NCBI GenBank assembly: GCA_013415795.1
Contig: JAAEEL010000015.1
Coordinates: 1 to 45,792, forward strand
Source: Methanocellales archaeon
Lineage (GTDB): Archaea > Halobacteriota > UBA148
Direction: 5' to 3'
DNA: 45,792 nt
The position numbers and the translations under genes were made by a program. The notes beneath the pieces are model-generated. The model was given only the letters and a program-made list of their open reading frames with translations. It had not been told where the DNA came from and did no database searches. Of this stretch, positions 45,229-45,792 are shown in pieces (the first letter of the stretch is position 1; each line of letters starts with the position of its first letter).

Positions 45229-45792
45229 AAAGTGCTTATCTCACCTCTGACTACCATATCAGTTATCTTTTTGATATCTGACAGCCAATCATCTATGATG
45301 ACCTCTGCCTTTGGATTTATTTTTTCCATGGTGGCTTCTTTTGTGGGTATGATCTGGGCATTAACAATCTTTGGATTGTCTATCGGTTGCCCTATCTGAG
45401 AGAGAATTCGTACATAAACTTCATCAACGCCTTCTAATTCCGCTATATCCTGCGCAATCTGAGTGGATAACAAATTGTAGATCTTTCCCACATGACTGAC
45501 TGGATTCTTGCCGCTTGTTGCCTCCAAACTCATGGGCCTATTAAGCGTGATTAATCCATTAGATCTGTTACCCCTGCCTACAGAGCCGTCGTCGCCCATT
45601 TCTGCAGAAGTGCCAGTCACAGTTAGATAGACCGATCCAGTGCCATAATCATCTGCTATGTTCACAGCAACCGAAACATCGCGCTGAGTATATTGCCTAG
45701 CTACATCTAGGACGTGATTACTAACTTCATCTTTTACCATCTTATAATGCTCTAGATCGTTCACATACTTCGAAACAATGGCATTAGCGACA
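45225..45792 (-). CDS. mat: archaeal-type S-adenosylmethionine synthetase (5' end beyond the window)
   Basis: [49 protein letters not shown] is the conserved archaeal MAT core. The frame stays open to the window edge. The stop shares TTAA with the convergent DUF460-like gene. Confidence 0.85.
   Translation of the reverse strand, partial: VANAIVSKYVNDLEHYKMVKDEVSNHVLDVARQYTQRDVSVAVNIADDYGTGSVYLTVTGTSAEMGDDGSVGRGNRSNGLITLNRPMSLEATSGKNPVSHVGKIYNLLSTQIAQDIAELEGVDEVYVRILSQIGQPIDNPKIVNAQIIPTKEATMEKINPKAEVIIDDWLSDIKKITDMVVRGEISTF

Overview
This is an AT-rich, very compact archaeal chromosomal segment. Many gene starts and stops overlap by 1-29 nt, and several convergent gene pairs share or abut stop codons. 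I count about 50 protein genes and 2 tRNAs, with no rRNA, CRISPR array, transposase or integrase. All product calls come from motif recognition by eye on the supplied translations; no searches or computations were run.

Content by block:
1. 1-5.1 kb: a ribosome-rescue neighbourhood with ABCE1 (partial), a small membrane protein, an NFACT (Rqc2/RqcH-like) protein and Pelota.
2. 5.1-6.3 kb: an AT-rich spacer with almost no genes.
3. 6.3-13 kb: mixed housekeeping genes, including an MTA/SAH-type deaminase, a PHP phosphoesterase, a dihydropteroate-synthase-like protein and two tandem M24 peptidases.
4. 13.3-17.8 kb: the conserved archaeal aIF2gamma-PIN-Rpo7-Spt4-DUF359-S24e-S27ae-Kae1 superoperon. 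Here S24e carries a perfect 66-bp tandem duplication.
5. 18-24.5 kb: two flavoproteins (Isf, AfpA-like), Bud32-ITPase, and S15-RecJ-like-Pcc1-methanogen-type SerRS.
6. 27.1-39.4 kb: a tetrahydromethanopterin-type Wood-Ljungdahl island. It holds cooC-cdhABC-cooC-cdhDE, a convergent RACo-type corrinoid activase, a divergent orphan corrinoid protein, and mtd co-transcribed with an unrecognisable 15-Cys multi-zinc-ribbon protein.
7. 39.5-45.8 kb: an acyltransferase, a chagasin-like inhibitor, an intron-containing tRNA-Tyr, tRNA-Asp, ftsZ preceded by phased TGATAACA repeats, an Ncs6/TtuA-like protein, a DUF460-like protein and archaeal SAM synthetase (partial).

The best candidates for something undescribed are (a) the mtd-linked Cys-rich protein together with the orphan corrinoid protein and RACo module next to cdh, and (b) the ABCE1-NFACT-Pelota cluster.
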